From the human T2T-CHM13v2.0 reference genome, Homo sapiens: a stretch of DNA of 64,000 bases. Of the stretch, positions 12,571-28,100 are shown one piece after another. The number at the start of each line of letters is the position of its first letter. The stretch's first letter is position 1. The position numbers were made by a program, and so were the translations under genes. The DNA is taken from NCBI RefSeq assembly GCF_009914755.1, contig NC_060929.1; one strand, written 5' to 3'. The notes beneath the pieces were generated by a model, which saw only the letters and a program-made list of their open reading frames with translations, searched no databases and was not told where the DNA came from.

Positions 12571-13360
12571 TTGTTTCAGTTATTTACTCATGTGTAACAA
12601 ACTGATGAAAAAATTGTAGTCGATAACAGAGGTCAAAAACTGCAGGCTGCAGGCCAAATTAGGCACAGCACCTGTTTGCCACATTGGTCCGCCAAGAATG
12701 GTGTTCGTATTTTTAAATGGTTATAAAAAAAGAATAACTTGTGTCAAGTGAAAATTATATGGAATTCAAATTTCAGTGTCCATGAATAATGTTTTATTGA
12801 AACAGCAATATTTGTTTGTTCACATACTGACTGTGGCTGCTGTTGTGTTACAACAGAACTGAGTGTTTGGAAAAGAGATCTTATGACTCACAAAGTCAAA
12901 AATAATTACAACTTGGCCATTTACATAAAAATTTTGCCTACTGCTGGTTTGAAACAATATTGATTTATTAATTTTTGTGATTCTTTTTGTGTTGACTGGA
13001 TTCAGTTCCATGTGACATAGCTAAAGTCATCTACATGGTGGCATTCCCCTAGATGCCTGGCTGATGCCAACACAGTCAACTTGGTGTCTCACATGACACT
13101 GGCTCCTTTTATGTTGCCTCTCATAGTTCAGTAGACTTGTTTAAGGTCTTTTGTACCATGGAAGTTGATTGCTAAAGGGAGCATTCCTACAAACAAACTT
13201 CATGTCTTAGTGCTCACCATACACTTGCTGGCACTATGCTTGGTAGTTCCTCACTGAACAAGCCAGGAAAAATTGCCAAGCCCAAAGTGAATGTGGGACA
13301 TGACTAGACAAAGTCAACTGGAAGTACAGTTCATTGAGGTAACCAGAGTAAGTTTTCCGT
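12571..13360 (-). mobile_element. Old MaLR LTR (MLT1G/H-like), interrupted by MER58B
   Basis: tgtttcagttattt...tgtgtaacaaac start; gccaagcccaaagtgaatgtggga motif. Confidence 0.6.
12627..12946 (+). mobile_element. MER58B-like hAT-Charlie MITE
   Basis: cagaggtcaaaaact...gcaggccaaat...aattcaaatttcagtgtccat...ggccatttacataaaaattttgcctactgctg (~320 bp). Confidence 0.8.
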
Positions 13361-13399
13361 AATATCCAAATGCAGCATATTTATGTTCTCATTATCTCT

Positions 13400-14170
13400 T
13401 TTTGTTCCTATAAATAGAAGAGATCATTCATATCCAGTTTCTTAAACTCAGTTATGGGTTTCTTTTTTGATTATAATTTGATATTCTGTTGTTCTACTAT
13501 CTCTCATTTATGTTGTCTTATTTCCTTGTGTGTTTTGTGATTTTAACTGTGAGCTCGTTTTCCACTGAAACTTATCAACGGAAATTCTTTGAGGCATGCA
13601 GATTTATTCAGGGTTATTTGTATTTGCTTTGGTCAGGTGCCTAGCAGGCACTTGATTATAATTGCACATTTGGAATTTTTCTTAATCAATAAGATTAACT
13701 AAATTCAGAATGAATAACTATTAAAAGTTGGCTTAGCATTATTAATTCTCAGTGATTTTTTTTTTCTTTCCACCTAGCTCTTCATTTTGAGGCAGATAGT
13801 TTTTCTTGGACCAGCAAGAGATGAGAGAATGTGGCCCTATATTTAATGCATACTTACACTGAAATTATAATTAACTGAAGTCTTAACTGTACTTAGAAGT
13901 TCCACTATAAGATTTCACACTCTGAGACAGTCCCAGAAATACATAAAAAACAAAGCTCAATTTCTTTAGGCTTTGTTTTGTAATGTCCTCAGGGCAAAAA
14001 TCTAGTTCCAATGAAATGTCATTTATCACTCTGCTTACTTGTTTTAAATTAGTTTTTGGTCTCATGATTCCTTGTTTTCTTGCCAGGTCACTAAAGCAAT
14101 CACAAAGTTGGTTTTCTCTTTTTAATTTTACGAAGTACTTTTAGTACTTTGCAGCAGAAAGCTGGTCATT
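13400..14170 (-). mobile_element. Degenerate L1ME-type 5' region
   Basis: ttccttgtgtgttttgtgattttaactgtgagctc...atttgtatttgctttgg..caggtgcctag. Confidence 0.45.
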
Positions 14171-14214
14171 AATTAAAAATGATTTCAAACAAATTTTATT
14201 AGAAAAAAATTAAG

Positions 14215-14934
<720 letters not shown>

Positions 14935-14974
14935 TCATTATAAATATTTCCTCACACTGCTTCATCTATTTCTT

Positions 14975-15320
14975 GAGGTATTTTAAAGATCCCTGACTTC
15001 CTATCACTTCATCTTGTATATTTCTATAAGCAACTCAAAAGAATACAGAGCCCTGTTTCACCCTAATGCCCTTATCAAACTTAACAATATAAAATTAATT
15101 ACTTAGTATTATCCAATATTACGCTTATAATTAAATTTTCCCCAATTTTCTAAAAAAAGTATCATTTCATAGTTTATTCAGATCAGTATAAATGCTTACA
15201 TTTTCATGTTTTATGTCTCTTCAGTCTCTTTTAATCTAAATCTGCTTCCCTCTCTTGTATTGTCTTGTTGAAGAAAATGGATTATTCTTAACAGAAAATC
15301 TAATATTTTTGTCAATGTAC
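14975..15320 (-). mobile_element. L1MC-type fragment
   Basis: aaattttccccaattttc...ttatgtctcttcagtctcttttaatcta...ttgttgaagaaa. Confidence 0.55.
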
Positions 15321-16085
15321 TTTTTAAACAATTTTAAACTTACTTTTATCATTCTATGTATCTATTCATGTGAAGATCACCATGGACTTAATTATGACAG
15401 TTCAATAACCATCTCTAGTTTCTTATCTTTCATGATCTCTCAGCAGCCAATGTGCATTTAGGTAGAAACTGATCAGCTATCCCCCTGGTAGAGAAAGCTA
15501 ATATTGGGTAACGAGAAAGAAGTGAGTATGAAGGTTAAAACATATAAAGCAGAAATAAATATTAAATACAATCACTAAAGTTTTCTCAGCTAATTATGTT
15601 GCTGTGCAAACATACAACAACCCATGAAACAAAATCAAAATGCATATTTTTTACATAGAAAGTGCTGATCTTTTGTGAAAATCACATTTTTCATATAAAT
15701 ATTGACATTTGCACAATATACCAAAATATTTATACATATGTATTGCATGCATAATACTTATCACTGAAGATTGTAAAAAATAAAATTTATAGAATAAGAG
15801 ATTCACACATATTGATCAACAACTCAACAAAGTAATAATGAACTTTTCCATAACAAGGCTTTAAAATAAATTTATGGATGATTTAACAAGTATTGAGTGG
15901 TGGAAACAAGATTTAAACCCTGGCTAGATTGCAACATGTCTTTGCTACTTTTATTGGATCATGTTGTTTATCATACAGAAACATTCCAGTGAGAAGAAAA
16001 CAATAATCCTTCGCAACATAAGACAGACATTTTTCTTATTTGAAAAGGAGCTAGTTTCTTAAATATCTTTCTAAATCATCCAGTA

Positions 16086-16388
16086 TTTTGTTTGTTTGTT
16101 TGTTTTTTGTATTTTTTCAGATGGAGTTTAGCTCTTGTTGCCCAGGCTGTAGTGCAGTGGTGTGATATTGGCTCACTGAACCCTCCACCTCCCAGGTTCA
16201 AGCGACTCTCCTGCCTCAGCCTCCCAAGTAGCCTGGGATTACAGGCACCTGCCACCACACCCGGCTAATGTTTTTGTATTTTTAGTAGAGACGAGTTTAT
16301 CTAGTCTTGAACTCCTGACCTCAGGTGATCCGTCCAGGTCGGCCTCCCAAAGTGCTAGAATTACAGGTGTGAGCCATCGCACCCAGCC
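16086..16388 (-). mobile_element. AluS (Sq/Sp-like) with small internal deletion
   Basis: Antisense Alu, (TTTG)n tail; lacks caccatgttggccagg near 16300. Confidence 0.95.
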
Positions 16389-17972
16389 CAGTGTTTCTTA
16401 AGTGATACATAAAATAAATAGATTTTCATCTTCTGGTATCAGTTCTGCATTATTCCAGACAAAAACAAACTAGTTAAATATAAGTAAATTAGAGGAAGAA
16501 GAATCATTCTCAAAGTTTTTAGAGATACGGCCAAGAATTTATATTTAGATGTAACTCTTCAATAACGTTAAATGCAATTATCACAAAAAGAGATGAGTCC
16601 AAGTCGTTTACCTATTTACATTAAAGACTTTTCTTGTAAATTGAACTAAAAGATAACATTGTTTGCATAACCCATCTCATATTGTTGTTGACTTCATGAA
16701 TACCATATAAGCTTCATCTGCACCATTCTTATTTGCAGGTGCCTTTTTACTTCCTGATTTCTTCCCCAGTGAGCGGATAAAAGAAAATGGAATACAAAAA
16801 TAAATTTGTTCATAATTTAACTGCCTTTACATCTTTTGAACCAAAAGGAATTTAAGGATTAAGTAGATTTTGACATACAATTTAAATCCATTTTAGATAG
16901 GTGCATTGACTAGGGAGAGTTATCTTAGGAAAAATCAAGGTCAACAAAAATGGGAAGCACATTAGAAATACTCAAAAGAAAAAACATATTATTTGTTCTG
17001 TGAAAATATGTCATTTTAAATGAATATTCTAAATTTAGAATGCATGTCTTCTCCTTGATTAAACGTGTTATCTTTATTGTATAGTATATATGTTGATTGT
17101 TAATTACAGGCACTTATCTAAAACATGTATATTGTACCTGAGACTGTGCTACACTTTGAGGATAGAGAAATGATTAAAGGACAATCTCTGTCATTTGAGG
17201 ACTTACTTAAATTCGGATAACTTTACTAACAATCATGACTTAGCAAAAAGATTTCTGACAATTTTTTAAGTGCTTGGATGTTGTAAGAGTCAACGAAGAA
17301 AATATTCAGTTGAATATTTTAGACTTTGAAATAAAAGTTTATTTCTGTAATAAAGTTTTAGGAGAGGATGCATATATTAGTATAGCAATAATCCCCCTTT
17401 ATTTAAATTCATCCAATAGCTCTTATAAAACATGTAACCATTAGGATATTTGAGTTTAGTTGCTCATCACTCTCCCAATGAAATCGTTGACTCATTTTCC
17501 TAAACTACCTAAAATATATTCACATCTATATTTTGTTTTATTTATTTTTTTGGCAGAATGCATTTGGTTTAATTCTTATGAATAAATCTTGGATGTAATC
17601 ACATGATAACACATGTATTATCTTCACATAAACAGTTGCAGTACAAAGCAATTGAGATGAAACTATTTATAATAAAATAATTCTATATATTAGCACAAAA
17701 CATTTTTTCACAATACAATTTTTGAACAACAGGAAGAAATTTTAAGAAAAAAACTGTGTCCATTTTTTTCTTGTTTTAAATAGCTGTTAAATAAGCCACA
17801 TCCATTCCATTTTTACAGTTTCCCCTGTCATTCTGATTCTCACCACCACATTGCTTAGGCAATTAAAATAATGCCCTACCAGGAATCCTTGTCCCAACAC
17901 TAAACACTAAAATTAGTGTTTTATTATACTCCTTTACTTTAAACAAACAAACAAATAGAAAATAAAAGCTCT

Positions 17973-18254
17973 GGCCAGGTGTGGTGGCTCACACCTGTAA
18001 TCCCAGCACTTTGTGAGGCCAAGGCTGGCGGATCACCTGAAGTCAGGAGTTTGAGACCAGCCTGGCCAACATGGTGAAACCCTGTCTCTACTAAAAATAA
18101 AAAAGATAGCAGGGCTTGATGGCGGGCACCTGTAATCTCAGCTGCTCGGGAGGCTGAGGCAGGAGAATCGCTTGAACCTGGGGATGGAGGTTGTAGTGAG
18201 CCAAGATAGCCCCTTTGCACTCCAGCCTGGGCAACAGAGTGAGACTCTGTCTCA

Positions 18255-18286
<32 letters not shown>

Positions 18287-18315
18287 AGACAAAAGAAAAG
18301 AAAAGAAAAAGAAAA
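17973..18315 (+). mobile_element. AluSx-like with A/(GAAAA)n tail
   Basis: ggccaggtgtggtggctcacacctgtaatccc...gagactctgtctc(A)n. Confidence 0.95.
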
Positions 18316-18347
18316 GCCCCAACCTGCAAAATCCATTGCCACCTACA

Positions 18348-18490
18348 GAACTGGTTCTCAAATATTAGCATGAGTAAGAGTCACCTCGAAAGCATGACAA
18401 ATTCAGATTCCCAGGTGCCGCCACTGGAGATCTGAATGATTAGGTCTGGGATAGTGGCCAAGAACCTGCACTTTTAAAAAGCTTCTTAGT
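18348..18490. mobile_element. MER5A-like hAT-Charlie MITE fragment
   Basis: tggttctcaaa...gagtcacct...cagattcccagg...taggtctggg..ggccaagaacctgcactttt. Confidence 0.7.
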
Positions 18491-19386
18491 AGCAGATGGT
18501 TCTTGCTGACTTGTAGGATTAAGTCCATGTTTCCTGAGTGGGTCTCTAAGGCTAGCTCCATCTGACTGCAGCCTTTTGTTAACCCTTTCTTCTTTATGCA
18601 AGCCTTCTGCTTTAGGCAGACACCCACTCCGTTGTCCTCCAAGCACGCACTATGCAATGAATGTGCTTTATGAGCTGTGGCCAATGAATGCCCTTCTAGG
18701 GGACACTTCAGGAGAAGAAATGTTTTTAAATAATTTTAACGCTTCTTAATCTAAAAAGTATCTTGTAATTACCTTTAAAAATAGTGTATAGTAAAAATTT
18801 TAAAAGAATAATGGGGAGAAATGATAGCTTATTTTATGTTTCTTGAAGAATAATGTTTTTATATTTGCTGTAACTATGAATCACACACATAAAAATAAAA
18901 GTCTCTTTTAACAATCTCCATTGGCAATCCATATTATATGATTATCAAAAATTATTGTTATAATAAATATATTTGAGGAATATACACTTCTAGTCAAAAA
19001 CATCTAAACAGAGTTTAATGAGGGAGACACTGTATTTTTGCACTGAATTTAAACACCAAATAAATGCTTTTGTCCTCACATGGAAAGAATGTTGGCACAA
19101 AATATATCACATATTTTAAATTCACAACCCCCAGGGTCTTCTTGTGGTTTATTTTGCTTTTTAAGATCGGGATTTTGATCAGGAGAGGGCAGACCTGAAA
19201 AGATATTAAGAGCTAAATTTATTCAATGATGCAAAGAATTTAGAGAGCTCTCAGTCCCATCTATTTTTAAAATGAATAAATTAATGGATAAATAATAAAT
19301 ATATAATGAATAAATAAATAGAAAAATAAATAAAAGAGAACTATCTTGATAATACCAAGAAAAACACTTGGTGCATAGTAGGCAAT

Positions 19387-19808
19387 GGCGTTAGTTTGGG
19401 TACGGTGGTAAATAGATGGTTCACCCAGAGTTGGAATCATTAGAAGAGAGTGCATTTACAAAGGACTTTTTACAAAGAGACATGTGAATGTGCAGTGAAT
19501 AGGCTGCCACCACTCCTAGATCCAAGGGAACAAGGTGGAGAAAGTAATACAATGAAGATCCCTTGAGTAGAGTAGGATACATCAGTTAAGTAATACGGCC
19601 CAAAGGACACCTTTATGGAGCAGTGGGTAAAAACACTTGGACCTCAATCTACTTTCTGCCTGATAACTCTTGCCAGGGCACCAATTGCTTTAACCAAACT
19701 GGAAGCAGAGAAAAGCTGTAGTCCATGCGGGTTAGCTTCGTGGACAAGAAAGTAACTTTAAAAATGTGTGGTGTGGATCTAACTGGGAAACAGCAAATAC
19801 CTAGCACA
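19387..19808 (-). mobile_element. ERVL LTR (LTR33-like)
   Basis: tttacaaaggactttttacaaag near start; aaactggaagcagag...ggatcta...acctagcaca end. Confidence 0.6.
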
Positions 19809-20521
19809 GAATATTTAAGTATATTTTGAATGGATGACTAAATGGCTGAATAATAAATTACCTTTAGTGAAAGTCTGGAAACCATTTCACATTTATTTTT
19901 TGTGTTCCTTTGACTAGCTGCTGAGGTCCCCCACTTTTTTAAACGTAATTTTGCTTCACCAAGCAAGCAAGTTTATCACAGCATTGCTAATTAAAAATAA
20001 CATATTTAAAGATGCTGACCAATACGCAACATAACTTCTAAAATTAGAAATTAATGATGTATTTTGTACATATATAAAATTATTATAATCTACCTTTGCT
20101 AGGCTTGTCAATATTAGTCCAATTTGCCAATGTATAGCGCACTTTAGTTTAGCTAATTACATTAATAACTTAAGCAAAGCTTAAAAGGAACAAACAAAGA
20201 TAATAAATGTATACTCATAGATTAATAGTAAAATAGAAAAAATAAACATTATTATTTAAAAGAATAGAAAATTCTTAAATCTATGTATTTGTGCTTTCAG
20301 ATAAATAATAATATCTATTGGTGAGAGGCAGATATCACTGGATGAATTCAAGATGCATGATAAAACACCTCCAGAAGATAATATCCCAAGATATAGGTTC
20401 TAGTGTGATAAAATAGACTATATAAAAATAGAATGACACTACAGATTATAGAAAAGTGCACTGGCATATGACGCTCTACAGTTTGCTATCAAAGAGTATT
20501 CCAGTATATTTTTTAAAGACA

Positions 20522-21117
20522 CTTACAATAGCTAAGATTTGGAAGCAACCTAAGTGTCCATCAACAGATGAATGGAAAAAGAAAATGTGGTACACAAACA
20601 AAAAGGAACACTCTTCAGCCATATAAAAGAATGGCATCTTATCACTTGCAGCAACATAGATGAAGCTGGAGATGATTACGGTAAATGAAATAAGCCAGGC
20701 ACAGAAACATCACTTATTTGTGGGATCTAAAAATCAAAGCAATTGAACTCATGAACATAGATAGCAGAAGGATGGTTACCAGAGATTTGGAAAGGTAGTA
20801 GGAGGCTAGGGTTGGGAAGTGGGGATGGTTAATGGGTACAAAAAAATAGAAAGAAAGAATGAATAAGACCTACTGTTTGATAGCAAACAAAGATGACTGT
20901 AGTGAATAATAACTTAATTGTACATTTCAAAGTAACTAAAAGAGTGTACTTGGATTGTTTGTAACATAAAGGATAAATGCTTGAGGGGATGGATACCCCA
21001 TTCTCCATGATCTGATTATTTCATATCTCATGCCTGTATCAATACATCTCATGTACCCCATAAATATATACACCTATTATGTACCCACCAATATTAAAAA
21101 TAAAAAATAAAAAATAA
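20522..21117 (+). mobile_element. L1MA1/2-like 3' end
   Basis: acaatagctaagatttggaagcaacctaagtgtccatcaacagatg...gcttgaggggatggatacccc...atgtacccaca plus A tail. Confidence 0.92.
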
Positions 21118-21827
21118 CAGACACCACTATTAAATAAAATGGAAAGTTATACAGTACTTTCTAAATTCTTTTGGTAGCAGTAGACATATTTTAAATTTCT
21201 AGAAAACATTTCCAAACAAAGGAGGAACATTGAATTGTATACTGTGGACTACATAAACATTTTTCAATAAAGTATATTCAGTTCTAAGTAAAGAAAGTAG
21301 TAGTTCCTTGAGTGGCAATAATAATGACCTTTTCTAATCTTATCTTGAAAGTGAATTCTCCTTTGAACCGTAAAAGCCAAAAGGTTTCATAATTGTCACA
21401 CTAACTTAACCACTTAGAATATTTTTAGTTAATTTAGCTCTTTATCCATCTCAAACAGTTCATGGCCTCATGCAATTTATACATTCTAAAAGTAATCCTC
21501 TATGTTATTAAACATTATACAAGTCATTTAGGTAACAGACTCACTATGATGTTAGCAAAATAAATAATTCCTGATTTATTAACTTTTCAATTGGAGAAAA
21601 AAATGTAATGAATGAAATTAGCATAGGCCAGTACTTTTTATATTCGGAAGAATTGGAAAACATATTTATTAAACTCTACTGCTTATTATAATTTGAGCTT
21701 TATAAGACTCAATTTATAAGCAACAAAGATAGACATGTCTTTTACTTCAATTTCAGTATTAAACAATAAGTTTTTAAAGTAAATAATTTTAGTGTTAAAT
21801 TTTAATGTTTTTATTATATTTATATTT

Positions 21828-22230
21828 TTCTTTTTAAAATTTTATTTTAAGTTCTGGGATATATGTGCAGAACGTGCAGGTTTGTTACATATGTAAATAT
21901 GTGACATGGGTTTGCTGCACCTATCAACAGATCACCTAGGTATTAAGACCCTCATGCATTGGCTGTTTGTCCTGATGCTTTCCCTCTTCTTACCCCACCC
22001 CCCGACAGGCCCCAGTGTGTGTTGTTCCCCTTCCTGTATCAATGTGTTCTCATTGTTCAGCTCCCACTTACAAGTGAGAACATGTGCTGTTTGGTTTTCT
22101 GCTCCTGTGTTACGTTCCTGAGTATAATGGCTTCCAGCTCCATCTATGTCCCTGCAAAGGACATGATCTCATTCCTTTTTTGGCTGCATAGTATTTCATG
22201 GTGTATATGTACCACATTTTCTTTATCCAG
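21828..22230 (-). mobile_element. L1PA (PA8-10-like) 3' end
   Basis: ttttaagttctggg..atgtgcagaacgtgcaggtttgttacat...gacaggccccagtgtgtgttgttcccc. Confidence 0.92.
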
Positions 22231-22509
22231 ATATATTTACATATTTTTCTTTACAATCAACTATATCTTGGTAAAATTAAACTATCAGAGAAATATTCTA
22301 AGTGTTAAATAAATTAATATAAATATGTAAAATATATGTATTTTAATAGCATACTAATAATTTAGTGGATAATAATATAAAACATGCAATTCCAATTGCT
22401 GGGGTTGATGAAAGAAATAAATATAGAAAGACTCATACTTATTCAAACATTTTAATTTGTTTAGTTAGGTTTTCCCCTCTACATAGGAGAACAAAATTTT
22501 GGTGGTTGT

Positions 22510-23877
22510 TGTTTTCCTTAAACTTTCATTTTAGGTTCAGGGGTACATGTGCAGGTTTGTTATATAGGTAAACTCATGTCACAGGGTTTTTTGTACAGAT
22601 TATTTAATCACCCAGATACTAAGCCTTGTACCCAAAAGTCTTTTTTTTCCTGCTCCTCTCCCTCCTCCCACACTCCACTCTCTTGTAGGCTTCTGTGTCT
22701 GTTGTTTCCATTTTTGTGTCCATATGTTCTCATCATTTAGCTCCCACTTATAAAGGAGATCCTGTGATATTTAGTTATCTGTTCCTGCATTAGTTTGCTA
22801 AGGATAATGGCCTCTAGCTGCATTCATGTTCCTGCAAAGTATATGATCTCCTTTTTTTTTTATATATATATATAGCTGCATAGCATTCCCTGGTGTATAT
22901 GTACCACATTTTCTTTATCCAGTCTGCCACTGATGGACATTTGGGTTGATTCCATGTCTTTGCTATTGTGAATAGTGCTGCAATATACATATTCATACAT
23001 ATGTCTTTGTGGTAGAATGATTTATATTCCTTTGGGTACATACTCAATAATGGGATTGCTGGGTTTAATGGTAGTTCTGTTTTTAAGTCTTAGTGAAATT
23101 GTCACACTGCTTTCCACAGGTTGAACTAATTTACACTCCTACCAAAAGTGTATAAGTGTTCCTGTTTATCTGCAACCTAGCCAGCATCTATTATTTTTCA
23201 ACTTTTTAATAACCATTCTGAGTCATGAAATATGGTACTTCATTGTGGTTTTGATTTGCATTTCTCTAATGATCAGTGACATTGAGATTTTTTTTTTCAT
23301 ATGCTTGTTGGCCACATGTATGTCTTCTTTTAAAGAGTGTCTGTTCATGTCCTTTGCCTACTTTTTAATTAGGTTGTTTGTTTTTTTCTTGTAAATTTGT
23401 TTAAGTCTCTTACAGATGCTGGATTTAGTCCTTTTTCTGATGCATAGTTTGCAAATATTTTCTCCCTTTCTGTAGGTTGCTTGTTTATACTCGTGATACT
23501 TTCTTTTGCATTGCAAAAGCTCTTAAGTTTAATTGGATGCCATTTGTCAATTTTTCCTTTTTTTGCACTTAATTTTGGTATCTTCATTATGAAATCTTTG
23601 CACATTCCTATGTCCAGAATGTTATTGCTCAGGTTGTCTTCCAGGGTTTTCAGTTTTAGGTCTTCCATTTAAGTCTTTAAATTGTTAAGTCTTCAGTTGA
23701 TTTTTTTTTTATATGGTGTAAGGAAAGGGTCCAGTTTCAGCCTTCTGCATATGGCTAGCCAGTTATCTCATCACTATTTATTCAGTAGGGAGTCCTTTCC
23801 TCATTGCTTATTTTGTAAGCTTTGTCAAAGGTCAGTTGGTTTAGGTGTGGAACCTTATTTCTTGGCTCTCTATTCTG
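22510..23877 (-). mobile_element. L1PA (PA13-15-like) 3' fragment
   Basis: ttttaggttcaggggtacatgtgcaggtttg; antisense ORF2 peptides ([14 protein letters not shown]; AALFTIAKTWNQPKCPS). Confidence 0.93.
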
Positions 23878-23996
23878 GAGAACTGAAACGTTTAGTAACA
23901 ATTGCCTAGTCCCCCACCCTAACCACTAAATTTATCACATGCCTTTTCAACATAAGGTCAATGAAGGAATTATGAGAACTTTGATATCAATAGCAT

Positions 23997-23997
<1 letters not shown>

Positions 23998-24071
<74 letters not shown>
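23998..24071. repeat. (TG)n(TA)n microsatellite
   Basis: tgtgtgtg followed by long tatata run with two G interruptions. Confidence 0.95.
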
Positions 24072-24506
24072 CTCCTCTCTGAGCTTATACACTATGCTGT
24101 TAAGATTTAGTAGCATGCAAATCTACATTACCAGTACATATTCATGAATGATTGCCTTTTTCCCTGTTCCACTATAATTGTTATGCTCTTCTCATTTGCT
24201 TTCACGTGTACTTTTACATTATTTCTTTTAAAAATTATTGTGGCTTCCACAAGTCGCAATTTTGAAATGTCTTTGAAACTGTGTTTCTAGAGAGTCCTGG
24301 GATCCATTTAGTTTAAATGACAGAATTTAAAGTGTGACTTATGAGGCCACAGTGGTTTTCTTGTGAACTCAGTTATTGAATAAGTTCTGCTCAACTTGCC
24401 ACTGTTTATCTAAAAAAATATATTGAGGGAACAAGGGAGAGAAAAAGGATTCTTGAAACAGTGATTACAAAAATATATGAAGCAGGATTATAAGTGATTT
24501 TTCTTA

Positions 24507-24888
<382 letters not shown>

Positions 24889-24959
24889 TCAGCCAACAGA
24901 TCTGCAAGAGGCTAATGTGAACCACTGACCTAGTGAGTGGGAAATGATTAAAGTGTGGA

Positions 24960-25560
24960 ACCCCCATGGCTGCTGCCCTCATGGAGCTTATTATCTAATG
25001 CAGGGGATAAACATTTATAAATAGTAGGTAGCAAAATACATGCATAATAACAGATTGTGACAATTGCTCTAAACCAAAATTATGGGGTATTAGAAATGTA
25101 TACATCAAGGAAACTAAAAAGCAAATCTCGGAAGTCAACGACCCAGTCCCAGTAAGTGATCTTGAAACTATGTTCCCATAAATACTTAAGAAAGAACGAG
25201 AAGACCTCCTGAGAAGAGCTTTCAGACAGAAGGTTCTGAGTTTCAAAGGAGGAAAAGCAATCTAGATGGCAGGTTTGAAGCTGGAGGGTCGGTAAGATGA
25301 GGCTGAGAAAGTCTGAAGGGGCTAGAAAATGTAGGTAAGTACCTCTGTGTTTATAGCAAGAAAACTAGCCATAGAAATGGCTTTTAGCAGGTGGTTCGCA
25401 GTCAGATTTGCATTTAAAAATATCACTGACTAGAGTATGTAGATTAGATTAGCAGGGACAAAAAGGGCATGAATCTTGAACAAAGATGTTGAGTTATTAT
25501 GAATAACTGAAATTAGAATGCTGAAATTTACAGAAATTATTTCTGGATTTCTAAGCTGAG
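24960..25560 (-). mobile_element. L2 fragment
   Basis: ctgccctcatggagctta...tcagatttgcatttaaaaatatcactga. Confidence 0.6.
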
Positions 25561-26169
25561 CATATGTAATAAATTTAAAATAAACATTTTATTCACTAAG
25601 ACAAATAGGGTTATAGATAGAATATTTTCATTCATATGGAATAGTTTATCACTATTGAATTTAGAGAATATTACGATTTTTAAGGAGATTAATCTATGTA
25701 GTAGTGGGCTAAAACCTTTGAGAACATAACTGAAATTGAGAATTAATGCTAACATGATTAAATGTACAAAGTAAGCCATGATGTGGGGAAATTATATTTA
25801 CCACTTTAGGAATGAAAAGCAAAGATAACATAATGTAATAGAATTTATTTTAAAAGTAGTCAAGAGAAAGTTTCCCACAGAACTTTTTAATAAAATATTT
25901 CAAAACATATGCAAGAAGAGAAAAGAATGAAATGAACTCCTATCTGTTCTTTTTAGTTTTATAAATGGAATTCTAATAGATTAACAAAATGCATCGTTGT
26001 CAGTGCCATCTTTCAAGAATAATTTATTAAGTGTTTTAATTTTAAATAATATACAATGCATTTGCTCATTTAAATAAGGATCTGTAGATGAGCTTATTAT
26101 AGCATGAAAGCATGCACAAGCTCTACTCTACTCTCAGCCCTGGGTCACATATTTGTAAAACAGTTACAT

Positions 26170-26310
26170 AAACTCAATTCAGCGTAATACGTGTTATTGA
26201 GCAACTGCTGTATGCTAGGTACTGCTTTATGTGCTGCAGCAGAAGAAAGGTAACACAGATACACTCAGATGTTTCAAATGCCATTGAGGAGAACAAAAAT
26301 ACATGCTATT
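26170..26310 (-). mobile_element. L2 3' end fragment
   Basis: ttattgagcaactgctgtatgctaggtactgct. Confidence 0.6.
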
Positions 26311-27339
26311 AAATCAAATTATGAAATAATTAGAAACAACCAAATTTATTCACCTTTTTTGGGGACAACAAATGTTAACCTAGTCAAACATGCTAATTTA
26401 AAGCCTTGAGAAAAATAATAAGCTATGCAGCCAGTACAACTATATAGATTGATATTTCTTAACCTTGAAATATGTCAACAAAATATGTCAACCATATACT
26501 TCCAATGAAAAATACAATTTGTGTGTAAAATGATCGGTAAATATGATCCCATTATAATAAAAAGAACAGCAAAGACATGATGAAAATATGCATGGATGTT
26601 TGCCAGAATAGTATATGATAACGATCTCTGAGTGATAAGCTTAGAGACGGTTTTCATATTTTTATTGTGTTTTTACAACATATTGTTATATAATGTTGAC
26701 TTTTTTTGCAATAAGCAAATATCACATTTAAAATAAAATTAGGTTCTATTTTTATACACCGTGAAATACTAGAAAAGCAATGAGAAATCTTTCTTTTATC
26801 TACCGAAGTCAGTACGTTTATTTTGTGACCAATATGGTCTAGACTGTGTCTGTTCAAGATATATAAGAATGGGTTATTTGCCTAAGAATACACTTAAGTC
26901 ATAGTGTTAATGAGAATCCGAGAAAGAGGGTAGGGGAGGAAGTGTAATGCCAACAAGAGGAAGAAAAAGGAAAGGCATAGAAGTTGGAGCTAACAGAGGA
27001 GAAAAATGAAAAGAAAAAGAGTAACAGAGAGAGGAAAGAGAGCAGGAGGAGGAGGAAACATAAGCAACCTATTCCAGATCAGGTGCTAAAAACCCCATAC
27101 TCACCAGCCTGACAATAGAAGTGATGACCCAGTGAACCCAGCCACCTCTCTCCTGCTGCCTCCTATTTTTCCTGATAAAATTAAAGGTCAAGTAAAGTTT
27201 CTTGTGGTTGATACTGTTACCTTTCCTTCTATTTAAAATTTATGTCATAAGACAATCATCACCAAAGAGCCTGTGGATCCTAATTGCTATAATTGAACAT
27301 CTCTTTGAATAGGTTTGCCAAAGTTTGAAGATTGTCTAG

Positions 27340-28100
27340 TAGCATTGCCAGTCTTTTCTCCCTGGGCATACAGCTAGCCTCTAATTTCGAGCTGCTTTGG
27401 CATCCCTGTAGAGCTTTGTATTAGTAAGAGTTCTCTAAAGGGACAGAACTAATATGATATATAGATACATATAAAACTGAGGAACTTGGAGTCCTATGTT
27501 CAAGGGCTGGGAACATCCAGCACCAGAGAAAGATGTAGGCTGGGAGGCTAGGCCAGTCTAGTCTTCACATTTTTCTGCCTGCTTTATATTCTAGCCTCAC
27601 TGGCAGCTGATTAGATGGTGCCCACCCAGAATAAGGGTGGGTCTGCCTTTCCCAGCCCACTGACTCAAATGTTAATCTCCTTTGGCAACACCCTCACAGA
27701 TACACCTAGGATCAACACTTTGCATCCTTCAGTCCAATCAAGTTCACACTCAGTATTAACCATTACAAGCTATATGATTATTTTCCATCAAGTGAATGTG
27801 AGTAGAAGTTATGTATTACCTCAATTCCAGAGCAGTTTAAGAGGAAAAGCCTTCATCTTTTTCCCCCAACAACCCTTTCTCCCCACCTAGTCAGCCATCT
27901 GCATAATTCAGGGCTGACCTGAATGTTTTCTGAGGAACACAGAAGGACCACTGCAAGACGCAGTTTTACATGCATGCTCAAATGACTCCATCAAGTCAAG
28001 CCTCTCTGGGACTTCACCGATCTGGGTCAGGTTAGAACAACTGTGCTAAGTCACCAGGTGTTGAGGATGTACCTGCAATAAGGAATGTTACCCTAACCAA
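27340..28100 (+). mobile_element. Old MaLR LTR (MLT1I/J-like) hosting MLT2A
   Basis: ctgggcatacagctagcct...gaatgtgagtagaagt; diverged. Confidence 0.45.
27418..27767 (-). mobile_element. MLT2A (HERV-L LTR), internally deleted
   Basis: tgtattagt..gttctct..agggacagaactaat...gcagctgattagatggtgcccacccag...cagtattaaccattaca; flanks agctt/agcta. Confidence 0.9.

Noticed and set aside
15440-15527. Possible exon (tctctcag acceptor ... gaa/gtgagt donor)
   Set aside because: Stop codons in all three frames and no partner exons; a noncoding exon cannot be supported without transcript data.
26930-27060. Purine-rich (GA) stretch as a triplex/H-DNA element
   Set aside because: Irregular low-complexity sequence without a clear mirror repeat.
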